From Hyphochytrium catenoides (Eukaryota; Protista; Hyphochytriomycota): 64,000 bases of DNA. The stretch covers positions 1-64,000 of the forward strand of contig FLMG01003914.1 in assembly GCA_900088475.1 (NCBI GenBank), in the 5' to 3' direction. How positions within the stretch are numbered: position 1 is the first letter of the stretch; every line of letters begins with the position of its first letter. This document shows positions 44,635-58,300 of this stretch, in pieces. Both the position numbers and the translations under genes were made by a program. Below the pieces are notes generated by a model. It was not told the DNA's origin and searched no databases. It saw nothing but the letters and a program-made list of their open reading frames with translations.

Positions 44635-45054
44635 CAGAAAGAGAAAGACAGAGAGAGAAGAAGAGAGAGAGAGAGAGAGTCCGCGTACCCAACCGCTAGG
44701 TTGGTCCCGTCAGGGCTAGCAGCCAAGCACGTAGCGTTGGATTGCTCTCCACCCTCGAACTGCGAGACCTGCCAGAAAGGAACAAGAGAGAGTGGTGAAG
44801 GAGCAGCGCATACCGAGAGAGAGTAGAAGAATAATAACGGGAGAGAGATCCTGAAAAGAGACGTTTGGAGCTAGCTTGACAAGAGAGGAACATCGTCACA
44901 CCTTCACGCCTTGTCGCACATTCCAGACAACGACATTCTCCAACGCAGGGCATAGTGCCAGCTTGCCTGAGCGGTCATAAATAACGTTCCCGGTGGGCGA
45001 GTAGATGACGCCAAATGTGGTCTTTAAGGAGTAGCGAAGATAGGACTGCGCCAT
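39381..45054 (-). CDS. WDR3: WD40 SSU processome subunit WDR3/UTP12/DIP2
   Basis: [125 protein letters not shown], and a Utp12 C-domain ([24 protein letters not shown]). An N gap lies inside the gene. Confidence 0.96.
39945..40031. other. Assembly gap (N run) inside WDR3
   Basis: Run of N. Confidence 0.99.
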
Positions 45055-45300
45055 TATGTCTGTGTCCTAATGCTCCTCCGCCGCTGCTTCACCTGCACAC
45101 AGCCAGGGTGCGGATGTCAGGTCCTAGAGAGATATTTTGTGACAGACGGGTCCTCTTCCTTTCTCTCCTGGCAGCAGGATGAGCTAGGTCTCCATGCATA
45201 CACAGGGGAGACAGCGATGAAAGGGCGGAACGACGATCAAAGACACCAATGAAGACAGCCCGAGAGGAGGACAAGAGAGAGAATGAGAGAGAGGGAGAGG

Positions 45301-45331
<31 letters not shown>

Positions 45332-46481
45332 CACGAGAGACAGGAAGGGAGAGAAGCGAGAGCCCAGATCTCTACTGGGCGAGGGAAGAGGAAAGGTTAC
45401 CCTCCCGTGCCGCCGATGATGGTTCTGATTCCTGGTCAGCACCAACCACAGCCAGACATCCCCCGGGATGACATGACCGTTAGCCCCCGATACCGAAAAT
45501 AATGCCCACTCCGTTTTGGTTGTCTGAGGGGCAATGGTGAGGGATGACTGCAGATTGAGATTCATAACGGAAATCTGAGACTATCATCGAGCTGTACAGA
45601 GGAAGCATGAGAGGATGGCAAACGGGAAGGAAGAAGATTACATTGCGTGAGGACAAGGTTTGGCGCGCTGCAGATCCACCAGCCTCTTCATCCACTGGTA
45701 GAGATGGTGCGGAGGCAGCGAGGCGGACGGGCTTTATGGGGGCGATTCCTCTTCAGTTAGCGAGCGGGAGCGCGCGTGCAGTGTGCCGGATCCTGACCAA
45801 GGGTTAGAGATGGCCCTTGCTTATATGAGATGCTGGACTGTGAGGCTCTGAAAATCATCAGAGGCTAAGATCCCGCGGACCTCGCTTCGGACAATCAATG
45901 GTCGAGCTACTGTTGGATTTGCCAATGCATCTCGAGGCTACTCATGTTATAGCCATCGGAGGGGTACCCTTCTGCGCAATAAAAGATCATCATCAGGTGT
46001 ATGTTGATTTAATCGCAGCGTGTGTCAAGGAACTCTCTTGTCATAGAAAAAGGGTATATTTGGCTGCGACAGCCACTGCTAGAGCGCTCGATATTTCAGC
46101 AGCCAGACGTGAGATGTGTATGGCGAACTTCTATGCACCTCTTGAGGATGATAAGCAGCTACAGTGCCACAATGGGCGAATCTGAGCGAATGGGAGTCAT
46201 AGTGAGATGAGCGGAGAAATTAGGAGTTCTGAGCTTAAGAAGTCTCTGGAACATTGACCCGCGCTTGCTTGAGAGACGAAGTGAGTCAAAGCGGGGAGCT
46301 AACTTTCATGGAAGATCTCTTTGTATGGGTTATGGCAATGTACAGGAGCTTAGTCTACCACTGATTAGCTGTATCAGGAAAGAATAGACGAGAGTTTCGA
46401 AAGAATAAAGCAGAGCGTGAAGTGGACATCAATAGAGGGAGAGAGAAGAGAGAGCTTTGTGTTAATGGCACTTTAGACCAT

Positions 46482-49400
46482 TCAAAGGTCAGAGAAGTCG
46501 ACCGCGGGGGCGCTGGGAGCACCTGGCGGCAGGATAAGAGGTTCTGATGGTTTGTCATCTGACAGAGTGAGTTCGTCCAACAGCTCTTCAACGGGGATCA
46601 GTCCTACAGCCCCTTGCTCATCCTCCTCTCCATCCACCTCATCGTTCAACGTCATCGCCTGTGCCTTCTCAAGCACTGCAACCACAGGAGACAGGAGGTT
46701 AATCGCATAGCTCTCCAGACACATAAGGAATAAAACGAGGCGAAAGCAGCTCGCATTCGCATGGACAGAAACAGTAAGGAAGGAGCATCCCTTGCTAGCA
46801 GAAGTGAGAGAACATTGGAAGGAGGCCAGCCACAGCCGGTGATAGCCTTCTTACCCTTGTACAGGTCAAACTGGGCCCGCATCTCCTTATCCTCTTCAAC
46901 TTCTTTAAGGAATTCCTCGTAGTCTTCTTCCTCCTTTGACTTGTCCTCCTTTTTCAGTCCCTTTTCTTCCACGCCTTCCATCTTCTTTAGCTTCCAGTTG
47001 CGCTTGTATGTCCCCTGTGTGAAGAAAGCATATGTAAGCACCTTCGCGGGCCTACCTTCGGGGGCCCCTTTCTTCACTTTTTGTCTGCAGGTGAGTCTCT
47101 CGCACCCTATAAGGCCGAACAACCATTGTTTCCATCTCCCCTTCTTTCAGGTTCTCCACTACTTTTCCTTTAGGCCTCAGGTTTTCTCCAGAGATAGAGA
47201 GAGGAAGTCGCAGGCTTTCGGAAGAAGACCCCCTTAAGTCCCCTAGTGCTCGCTTACCTTGCTTCGCCTCGGGAACTTCTTTCTCACGAGAAGGACATCT
47301 GGTAGATGTCCTCCTCTCTTTTGCAGAGGCTCCAGGTCATGGTCGTTGCAGTTCATTGTGCTCAGGTCATAGCCGGCCGCTGTATCTCCGGGCTTTAGGA
47401 GATGTCCCAAATGTGTGATTACACGGAAGCGGGTGTCGTTCACACCTATCAGCAGTAAGAAGATTAAGAACCACGACCAACTAGTTGCAGAGAGTATAAG
47501 TAGGGTGAATATCGAGAGAAAGGCAAATTGCTATAGGTATGCCATGGAGCAGCAGCATGACAAGAAGCCTAAGATAGAGCGACTATCAAGATAAAAGAGA
47601 GAGGGGAGGATACAAGCACAGATTGTTCCTGGCTCCGAAAACATCTTCCCTACCAAAGTCCGAACTCCTGGCCACCTCAACCTCAGCGAGCAAGTACTTT
47701 CCGTGACGATGAGGGACCGAAGGACAGTCTCGCTCTCTTAGTATGTCCACATCAAGGACAATGAAGTCCATCAAACTCTGAAAGACCGCGATACCGTGAG
47801 GATAAAGGTTGGAGATAATAAAAGAAAAATCATTTGGGCCTAGAGGAACTAGGACGTTCATGTGGCTCACCTTATAGCTCTGCACACCTCGAAAGTTGTA
47901 GCGCCAATACCGCTCCTTATCTATCTCAGCTCTACAGCGTAGCCACGTAAAGAAAGTGAGTAGAGGGGCCACTAACTTGCCACCAGATTGAACACTAGTA
48001 CCGCAGAGCGGCGAAGGACGTAGCGTGTGAGACAACCATCCTTGCGACCTAATATCTCACCTTTGCAGAGTTAATGGGTCTATAACATGTATAGTTGACG
48101 TGACCTGGGTCACAAGACAGAGCGGAGAAATGTTTCCCATTTGGGCCGCCAATTTGTTTGGCAAGACAACCATGTCATCCTTACAAACTGGTGCGATCTC
48201 AGAAGAGAATGTGAACTGTCAAGAGCAGAAGTAGGAAGGGCACAGTGAACATTCAAAAGGATGTTAGTCGCAGCTGTTTGAAATAAAGAGCTGGCTGATT
48301 CCTTCTCCTCCTCTTACCTTATAGTTGTATGTGTTGCTCTGGAGGTCTGCGGAGATAAGCTTCTTGGCCGCTTTCACTCTGAAGATAATAAGACAGTCAG
48401 TGGGAAGGAAATGTTCAATGGTGAGCATGCTCAATAACCAAGAGACATCTGGAAGCCAGGTGAACGAGGAGAAGCAGTTACACGGATCCGAAAGTAAGTA
48501 GAGAGTAAGCAGCTGATTTCAGAAGGTAGCAAGCGCCCGCTTATCGCAGACTCTCCTACCTGATGGGCACGCATTCCTCTAAGAAGTCTGTGAACCGCAG
48601 CGCATGGCTCCTCTCCCCAAAATAGAAGTCAATGCCGTCGGGGAAAGACTCGATGTTGGTACTTTTTTCGTGCGCGCGGTGCTTCAGTAGCAATTGCTCC
48701 AGGTAGAAGAATGTCTTCTTATGATCAACTTTTTGACGAACCTGGGAGACAAACAACCGCTTAGAAAGGTTTAAGGCGCAAGAGAGAGATTCAACTCAAC
48801 AGTCAGTAGATGCATATATATGCATATCGAGTATAAGAGGGATAGGGAAGAGGGAAAGGAGGAAGAGAAAGAACATAAGGCAGGCAAACTAAGCTAACAG
48901 ACCCAGCACGCTAGAAAGAGGGAGGGTGTAGAACAAGCCACTGTCCTATCCGTTAAGCATAGTAAGGCAGGAGAATCGGCCCCTCTTCCATACCTGCACA
49001 ACTGCCTTCCAGTTACCCGAGCAGTAAGAGGCCAGGCACTCATCGCACTGCTGATTCTTTACAATGAAGACGACGAGGAAGGACTGTTGAAGGATAGCTC
49101 CGTTCATTACTTCTTTCTGCACTGTCAGCTTGAGTTTCAACCGCCGCGAGTGCGGCTCAGTCCAGATCCAACCAGCATCGACCAGCTTCACCTAGAGAAA
49201 TGACGAAGAATCACAATTCCCACAGGAGTTAGTAGTAGAATGGCAAGAGAAGGATCTAGTTTCGACCAGAGGAAGGGTCAAAGATAAAAGGACAAAGATG
49301 TGGAATACCCGCCACCGGATTGTGGTCATCTCAGAGAGGTGCGGCTCTCTTGAAAATCGAAATAAAAGCTTAGAAAGGTACATAGGAGTTAACCGTGGCG

Positions 49401-49904
49401 GGCCGGACGCTAGAGACAAGAAAGGATCATTACTTTGTTCAGCCCTCCAATCTTCTTAAGGCAGACCGCAAGTAGCTCAGCACTCTCTAACTCTGCGGCC
49501 ACCCACGGGGGTCTTTGCCATCTGCATCACGGCAGGAGAAATGAGTTAGATGAAGCTCATTGCTGCGCGCTCTCTCTCTTCTTCTGCTGCTCCCACGAGT
49601 TCTTACCGCTTGCAACCCCGGCACTGATAAATGGTTACTTCTTTCGATACGCCATCTGTGATATCCACCTGAGAACGCACGCAGTCCACGCACATACTCG
49701 CAGGATTGGCGAGGATCGGCGTACCACAAAGACAACATGCACTAAAGCATAATGGAGGAGGGGCAGAACGGAGGACGACAGGTTAGAGCAGATGGACGTG
49801 TCGACGTGTCGACTGAAGAAGTGAAGGTAGAGAAGGAAGTTAATGTTGGTCCCTTACATGTACGCTGCAGTGCCCTGCCCAAAGGCGGTGGGATTGGACT
49901 CCAT
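46482..49904 (-). CDS. NMD3: 60S ribosomal export adaptor NMD3
   Basis: IACCLCGTPILANPASMCVDCVRSQVDITDG, CRGCKR, LESAELLAVCLKKI, KLVDAGWIWTEPHSRRLKLKLTVQKEV, QQCDEC, WKAVVQVRQKVDHKKTFFYLEQL, APVCKDDMVVLP, ARSSDFG, THLGHLLKPGD, DYEEFLKEVEEDKEMR and a Leu-rich NES IPVEELLDELTL. Confidence 0.96.
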
Positions 49905-50469
49905 AACTGTCACTTGCATGATTGTCCTCAGCGTGATCGCAGGACCACCTCCAACAATCTCTCGAGGAGCAGACAATTAACAAGGGAAAGTGAAACAAAG
50001 CAGCCACTCCGACGCCGCCAAGCTTCTTCGAGACGACTTGCCCGCGGATGAGGTTAACAGGCGATGCGTTCTACGTAGCTTGCGCCCGACCTAAACGAGC
50101 GAAAGAGAAATGGAGAGCGTGAGGAGAGAGAGAGAGGAGAGAGAAAGAGAGACAGGGGAGAGCGGGCATCGCTTTGGTTGTCCCTTGTCTCCTTTTCTCC
50201 CGCTGCTCCTGCTGTCTCATCATCAGTGCCTTTGCGGAGGCGAGGCGATGGAGATGTTGGCGCTTCGACTCACACCCAATCAACTGGAAGGGCAAGAAAG
50301 TCGAGTATCGTAAATAACAAGCCTCTATTTGGCACATATTCCAGAAACCATAGCTGATCTATATGGGGATAAAGAAGGAGGTAGTTCTGATATAGTTTAG
50401 AATAAGACTGTTCTGATTAAGGGATACAACTCATAAAAGCAGTCACTATTCTGGCACGGCCCCCACTCC

Positions 50470-51344
50470 TAAAGCATATGGCACAAACAAGCTCCACCTC
50501 AGCAGCAGCAGCAGCAGCGGCGGAGGAGGAAGAGCAGGAGCAGCAGTAGCAGGAGCCGCCTCCTTCTTCCTCTTCCCCCGCTGCTCCTGCTTCGCCTTCT
50601 TCTTAGGCTTCTCCACTGCTTATGCGCTACGGGCCGTTATCTTTCCATGCCATACTCACCATCATCATCACATTATCAGGGTCTTCTTCCTTCTTCGTTC
50701 GCTACCATTATTATGAGTCAGAAGAGGAGTAGCAGCAGGAGCCTTCTTCTTCCTCTTCCTCCTCTGCTCCTGCTTCGCTTTTCCTTAGGCTTCTCCTCTG
50801 CTTCACACAGCAGTGGCGGTGGCATGTTTACTTCTACCGAATAATAAGAACGAGCTAGCCCAAGCCGGTCATCTTTCTTCTTCCTCATCAATAGTATAGT
50901 ATAGTCCAAGAAGCACGTCCACTGCCTATACGATGACATTCTCCCCCGGTCATTCGTCGATAGAAACGACTATGTCGTTCGTCAACGTAGGGTGCGCTGC
51001 AGGTGGTGCCAAAAGAGCAACAAGAACGAGGAAAAGCTTTGCAGCCTGCTACGGTGGTGTTCCGATGATGATGATATCCTTTTTTTCAACGTCGCCGTAC
51101 CATCCAATCCGTCGTCTCTCGTCCACTTGCTGCTAATACTACTTATAGCTGACTGCTTTCTTCGGGAACTTGATGAATGATTAGTTGTGAGCTAGCGCTC
51201 TTAACTGACATCTCTACCTAGCTACTCCACGAAGCCTCATTGACAAGTGCCATATCATCTACATCACCAGTAGTAAGCCTATCCAAGCTCATTACTGAGC
51301 TTCTCTAAGTCTTTATTCTTAAAAAGGTCTTCCATAGTGAGAGT

Positions 51345-51377
<33 letters not shown>

Positions 51378-54300
51378 GAGGAGAGCAGGAGGACAAGTAA
51401 GAAAGGGCCCTAAGAGAACCTATCTCCCATCCTCCACCTCAGTCAGGCAGAAAGACAATTCCTCTATCGTCGTGTTCACGAGCTTACAGTCACAGGTGTC
51501 CAAGAGATGCTGCTGCAATAAGTTCATCACCACAACTCCTACCACTGCTACATACTCGTGACCCTCACTCTCGCAACACTACCAGGAACTACCGACCGAC
51601 CGAGATAGGTTTTTCATCATCATCAGATCGATCAGTTCTTCTGCCGTCTGTGGGCGTTGTGTTATGAGAATGAAGAGGCGACCAGTTTTGATGACAAGTT
51701 ATTGTTAAGCCCAGCGAAGAAAAAGCACGGCGCACAGCAGGTCGATTCTTCTTCGTCCTTCCTGCCTCTCTCCTCCTCTCTTCTCTACTCTAGCCCTCTG
51801 CTTAAGACATGGAGTCTCCAGCGACATCTCGTAAAGAAGATAACCTTCATCATGAATAACATCATTGGAAGAAATCATCATCATCGTGGCGGCTGGCGTT
51901 GTCACCACTACTCTTCACCACCTTCCAGGGACCAAAACATTGCTACTAATAGGCGGAGGGAGGCCGTTGATAAGAAAATGATCTATTGCCATCATGACGA
52001 CCTCAGGAAAAGACGGAGACCGTCGACTTTGTTGGTCCTACTAGTCGTGAAGCTGCCTTCTCTGGAACCAGTATAAAGTTCTACGGCCAATAACACTCGG
52101 TGATGGAATGCTGAAGATAATATCAATAACCGTGGATCATTATATTATTATCTTCTACTACCGCTGTCGTTCCGGCTGATGACGGTAATGATCGACATTA
52201 ACAAACAGTGAAGTTGCTGGTGTCGTTGCTCTTGTTCCTGATTGATGGCTGTCAGAAGGGTGGTGGTGAAGCCTCCGCCGCCACTGAGGTTACGTTACAT
52301 GGACACCCACCACCGCTACCTTTTTGTTGTTGTTGGGGAATCAACGCCTTATTCACCACCGCTTGCCCTGCCCATAGGGAGGCAGCAGCAGCAGCAGTAG
52401 TAGGAGTGGTGTTGGGTCATGCATCATGATGATGTGCTAGTAGGCTACTAGGAGGCTCTTCAGGGCAGGGTGGCGCTACTAGTAGTAGTAGTGCGTCAGC
52501 AGACTCCTCCTGCTCATTTTCAGCTGTCGTCGTCGGTCCCAGATCTATGTGAACTCGTCTCTTCTCGCCACCAATTATGCTCGTCTTCTCCTCTTCTTTC
52601 TCTTGTTGTTGTTGTCGTCGTTTGGGCCTTTTACTTACTACTTACTAGGGCATGATTGATGATGATGCTTTCTTCCTTGGCGGACCTCCCTCCTCGTCGT
52701 CGCCAATCGTCTACCGTGTATATCATCAGCCACTGTGCTGGTGGTGGTGGGAGATGATTATTCTGCTTGCTGTGTCGAGGAACCGCAGCAGAAGATGATG
52801 TTATATTTCCTCCCGCTGCTGCTGCTGCTTGGTGCTGCAGCAGCTGAAGAAGAGGTTACTACCGTTCGTCGTCGTCGGATCGTACCGCGTAGTATGTCTT
52901 ATTATCTATAACATCGTCACTATCATTCATTGCCGTCCTCATCAATAATTATCATCATCCTTCTTCTTCTTACTAAAATATAATAAGAGAATCCACCACC
53001 ACTACTACCAGTTAGTGGTAGTCAATCAGTCTGCCATTGTGCGTGTTGGAGGGTGGTAATACTAGGAGCCCTCCTCCTGCAGATGATGGCGTGGTCCGGT
53101 GGTGCTGCTGCGCGGCAACTATCCTGCCTGCTTCAACTATCCTGCCTGCTTGCGGTCGTGCCGTGGGGCAAACGAAAGGCCGTTAATGATGAGAAGAATA
53201 ATAAAACCACGACCAACAAGAAGAAGCACCACCAAGGAATGAGGACGGAGGAAGCGGCGGCGGGGGATGGAGGATAGGAGGAGGAGGAGGACGGACGACG
53301 GCGGAGGACGACGGAGAGAAGAATGAAGATCTTCAACAAACAACCAAGCAGCAGCAGCCACGACGACGACGACACCACCAACAAGAAGAAGGAGGAAGAA
53401 GAAGGTGGTAGTAGTTCTTCTATATCTTTATTATTATTGTTGGTAATGATGGAGGAGGAAGCTTTCCGTCAGCAATGCAGGGAGCGCTGGGTATGCGGCA
53501 TAGGATTAGCGCACGGGGCACAAGAATGTCAGCAATAATAATCTGATGCGGCACTGCTTCGAAACCAGTGAGGGCAGTGTGGGTACCACAGACAGAGGCC
53601 CTCCTTCTCAGCCTTACCACCACTACACTACTACCACTTCTTCCAAGGGAATAATAGAATCAAGATCTTTTCCTGCTGCTCACCACTGCAGCTGCTGCCG
53701 CGCCACCACCTGCAGCGAGCGAGCTGCGCCTTGAATGTTGTTGGGTCGGTCGTCGTGGTGGTGTTGCTCCGGGTGTGGCGCCGCCGCGGTGTGGTGGGGT
53801 TAGTTGTTGTTGCTGCTTGTTGTCGAGGCCGCGGCAAAAAAAAAAACACAACAGAAGAGATATTTCTTCGCTCTTCTATCTTTACTTCTTACTTACTTCC
53901 TCTTCTTCATCTTCTTCTGCGGTTGCTATTATAATTATCTCTGCGTCGTCGTGGTCGTTGATTGTTGCTTCTTCGTCTTGTTGGTGGTGGTCGTGGCTGC
54001 CGCCGTGCGCTGCCTCCTGCGGCACCGACCGCCCCCTCCTCCGCCGCCGCCGCCACCCAGCCGCCGCTACCAACAACCACCACCAACACCCCGGGCCACC
54101 GCCGGATGCTACTACTGTTGGTTGCTGCTGCTGCTGCGTCGTCTGCTGGTGGGTGGGTTCTTCTTCTTCTTTTCTTCCACGCTCCTCCTTGTCGACGTCC
54201 GGCGAAGAAAGAGCCTTCCATAACGCACCTCTGCTGCCTCTTCTTCTTCTTCAATCGTTGACGACGAAAAACTTCTCCTGTTGTTGTCTTCGTTCCGTCT

Positions 54301-54900
54301 ACTGGTAGCTACTATTATCTGCTGCTGTCCGTGTCGTCGTACACTCTCTCTTTTTTCTTTCTTCTTCTCATTCTTCTCCTCATCATCTCGGGTCAGCCAT
54401 CATTCCCCGTCCTGCTTCTCCTCCCATCCCCAAAAAAAGCCTCCTTGTCTTCTTTCGTCCGTCTCATTAACAACATCTGCAGCTACGACGCACTACCTAC
54501 TCCTACCCCACCAGCCCCCGCCTACTGCTGCTACCCTTCTCTCTCGGTCTTCGTTTCCTCGTGGCCTCCTCCTCGCCGCCGCCGCTCATTGTTATTATCA
54601 TCTTACCTTTCATTACCATCTTCCATTCCCCACCAGTAGTACTCTACCCGTTTTTCCTTTGTGCTTCTCAACCTTCTTCTTCTTCCGTTTAGCCCCTCTT
54701 CTTCCTATCTTTCCCACATCTGTCCACGAGTTCAGCCGCACGGAGGGATTGCCGTCCCGTGTCGCCCTCGCCTCCGATCCACTCATCCAAGACGCCCTTC
54801 CCTCTAACTCTGAGACTCATTCGCAACTTCCCACATTCTCTCCTTCTCTTCACTTTGCACTGCTATAACTCTTCAGCCACTTCTGTCAAACAGCAAGGTC
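50470..54900. other. About 4.4-kb mosaic of trinucleotide microsatellites (CAG, CTT, CTA, GTC, ACC, TTG, GCC); possible decayed coding sequence
   Basis: Only low-complexity ORFs. Contains a diverged direct repeat (50524-50621 / 50720-50803) and an exact 18-bp tandem duplication CAACTATCCTGCCTGCTT at 53116-53151. Confidence 0.6.
50524..50803. repeat. Diverged direct repeat, two copies of about 85-100 bp
   Basis: GCAGGAGCC..CTTCTTCCTCTTCC..CTGCTCCTGCTTCGC..CTTAGGCTTCTCC.CTGCTT occurs twice. Confidence 0.8.
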
Positions 54901-55240
54901 TGACTCTGCATCCGTGTTACCGCTTAGGTCCTGCGCTCGCGGTCAACCTTTGTCCCATAGTCCGCTGCTGATTGTACTAGTACGCGACACGACTACTTAC
55001 CAAGCCGTAACTTTTAAAGAAGAGGAGTTTAGCAAAAGAAGGGGCAAGCAATCAGGAAAAGGTTGCGCAGTACGGCGGTTGAGCGGTATGTAGCCCTGAT
55101 TCCCTCTAAGGGGTTCATCTGGCGCTTATTGACTCTCTTCTTGGACGACAACAAGGGTGCTAGGAAGTGAGGCTCACCCTCTTACGGTCAACAACGTGGG
55201 TGGCCTAAGTGCGGCCACCAACGTCTTCACAGCAGGAGAG

Positions 55241-55297
55241 GAGGGCAAGAAGAAAACCAGAGGGCAAGAAGAGAGCCAGAGGGCAAGTAGACAGGAC
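55241..55297 (+). repeat. Three imperfect copies of a 19-bp unit (GAGGGCAAGAAGARARCCA) just upstream of the zinc-finger gene ATG
   Basis: Copies start at 55241, 55260 and 55279. Confidence 0.75.
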
Positions 55298-55311
55298 AAG
55301 CGGACTCTAGA

Positions 55312-58300
55312 ATGGAGACTGTGCCGCCCAGCGTAGTAGGCGGTACACGGCCCAAAAGGAAGCCTAAGCCAATCTCACGCTACATCGAGGACGAGGAGCT
55401 CTATGATAGCGGAATACTTCTCTTCTCTCCTTTCCCCAGTACTATTCTACGGCGCAAGGACAAAGCACGAGCAGTGCCTACATCAGTATCCTCTCCCTCT
55501 GTTTTTTTTTATGAACCCCCGCCCCCGGAAGAACTATCAAAAGATTCTCAAGGACAGATCTGCGGCAGGTTAGACAATGTCGAAGAGGAAGATGAAGCTT
55601 ATCGATCTAAGTCTTGGCAATCTAACAAAAGACAGAGGCAAGAAATGCAGAGCCAGCAGGCCAGCAGTAGTCAACTAGCTCAGCCACTAGGGAAGAAGAA
55701 AAGCAGTAGGCTCTGCAAAATCCCTAAGTGTCCCAAGTATGCGAAAGGCCAGGGTTTTTGCTTGGCGCATGGTGGAATTTTGAAGCGCTGTGCCGTCCAA
55801 GGCTGTGAGAAGTATCCCAAGCTACAACGCTTGTGTCGCGCTCATTGGTCGGAGCTGGTGCGTTCCAAGAGCCACCTTGATGCTGCCTGTAAGAATAAGG
55901 AGGAAGAGAAGAACGTTGCAATGTTACCTGGCACACCAGGGGTTGGGGAGGAGAGCAGAGGAGAAAAGCTGCAGGTCACAAGCGTTGCGACACAAGGACG
56001 AGGGGAGAAGAAGAAGACAGGAGAGGTTAGCAAGGATAAGAAGAAAGGCAAGAAAGAAAAACAGAAAAAGATGTGCTCCGAGCCTGGAGGATGCAGCAAC
56101 CAAGCACACACCAGTGGACTCTGCAAGAGGCATTTTCGCGCTCTTCAAAATGCTTTCGATGTTGAGCAAGCCTCTGCAACAAGCAAGCCACCCCGACTGA
56201 TCACTCATGGCAATGAGGCAACCATTGAAGAAGGATTCACAGGAAAGCATGCTGACAAAGCAGGCAGTTTCTTTCACTCAGAGCAAGAAGGAAGAGCTGC
56301 TGCGGCTGACGAAAAGGGAAGAGAGAAGAAGCCTTCTTTGGACAAAGAGAGCCGTCAGTGCTCTGCCCCTGACTGCCAGGAGCTGGCTGTAATTGGCAGA
56401 GGACTTTGCCGTGCCCACGGCGGAGGCGCCAGGGTCAGAAGGAGGTGCACAGCTCCTGGAGGCTGCGGCAGAGAAGCACAGCGGGATAAGCTTTGTCTTT
56501 ATCATTTCAATCTTCTAAGAAACGGGAGGGAGACAGATCAGTGCTCACCCACTGTTGGAACGTCCACCGGTTCCAGCCAAGACAGTGCTCTGAAGGAGGA
56601 CTATTCAGAGCACGATATCCAAGGAGACCACACCGAAGTGGCAGCCGTTGAGCTCGAGACGAGAGAAGACCCTATAGAACGTAAGGTGGAGAGTGAGAAA
56701 GGCCCTGAAGAACCTAGCCAACAGCTCATAGTGACTATGGGGGCGGAAGGCACAGCTTTCACTAAGGAGGAAGTGACAATGGGAGGGTCTGCTGCGACGG
56801 GAAGAACCAACGGTGAGGAGCAGGTGGAGAAAACTGCCAAAGTGGACCAGGAGTCACGGACAGAAAGCGGTGGAGGCGAGGATGAGAGAGTGGAAGATGA
56901 GAGAAAGGAAGAGGCTCGGTGGTGCTCAGTCCCCGGTTGCGACGACCCTCCAGAGTGCCGGGGTCTCTGTCTCGGCCATGCCAACAGGCGTAAGAAGGAC
57001 AGAGTGAAGTGCAGGGCTCTCGAAGGATGTCTGAACCAGGCACAGAAGGACGGACTCTGTAAGTCTCATCGCACCGCCCTAATCCGTGAAGCTTCTCGCG
57101 CTCTTTCTGCCACCGACGTCCTTCCTCTGATGGACGGGAGCAAAAGGACTGCAGTTAGAGGTGAAACAGAAGAGAATGAGACATTGAAGGATAAAGTTCC
57201 AGAGCAGCAGGGAGAGACATTGTCCACTGCGGCAGCCGGGAGTGAGGCACACGGAATATCGAAGCTTAAAGAAGAGAAAGCAAGCAGTGCAAAAGATAAA
57301 GACATGGAGGAACGAACGGGAGACAGACTATACATGGAGGAGGAGGGCGCCAGAGAGACAAGAGAACCGTGCTCAGTCCCTGGCTGCCTTCACCCTAGAA
57401 GCGATGGCAGTGAAGTCTGCATAAGCCACCGTCTAAGAAGTGAGAAAAGAGCTAGAAGAGGCTGTGGTGCCCCTGGAGGCTGCGAGAAGCAAGCGAAGGT
57501 AAAGGGACTGTGCATGTCACATTTTAAGCAGCAAAAGCGAGAGAAACGAGCGGCCCAGCGCCTCTCACGAAGCTCACAGCAAAAACTAGAAGCGACAGCA
57601 AACGCGAAAGAAGGCAGAGGAAAGGACGAGAGTGAGGTCANNNNNNNNNNNNNNNNNNNNNNNNNNNNNNNNNNNNNNNNNNNNNNNNNNNNNNNGCGGC
57701 AAAAAGAAGATCAAGAAGTTTTGCACCGCTCCTGAAGGGTGCAATCGGCAAGTACACAGTCAAGGGCTGTGCCAGTCTCACAAGGCGGCATTGAAGAGAC
57801 AAATAGTGCCTCCCACTAGACCGCAACAATTAGGGTTTCCAATCCAGAGAAAGAGTGACACCGTAAGAGACGAGACCAAACAGAAGCGGAAGAGAGGGAT
57901 ATGCCGGGCTCCTGGCGGTTGTGGGACATTCGCGAAAGTCAAGGGCTTTTGTCGGGCACATCACACCTTCTTCATCAAGACCCAAGGCTATCTTCCTGAG
58001 ACTACATGGCCCGCAAAAGTAAAAGGAGAGAAGGAGATGGGTCAACCAGTTCAGAGGGTCCTACCGGAGAACAAGAAAGCGATGGCAGAACAACTGGCCT
58101 GCTCAGCTCCTGGCTGCTCTGGCCAAGCTCTAGCTTCTGGGACCCTCTGCGGGCCTCACAAGAGAGGGATCAAGAAGATCAAAAGGAAATGTCAGCATCA
58201 TAACGGATGTGAGAAGCAAGCTCAAAGGCGAGGACTCTGCCTTCGGCACTTTAGAAGCTTCCAGGAAACGAGTGAGACCACTCGTCTGGGGACGGAGGAG

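Noticed and set aside
45898-46185. 95-aa ORF between WDR3 and NMD3
   Set aside because: No motif, splice structure or other support.
55241-55297. Short repeats considered as a CRISPR-like array
   Set aside because: Head-to-tail imperfect tandem copies without spacers, in a eukaryotic context.
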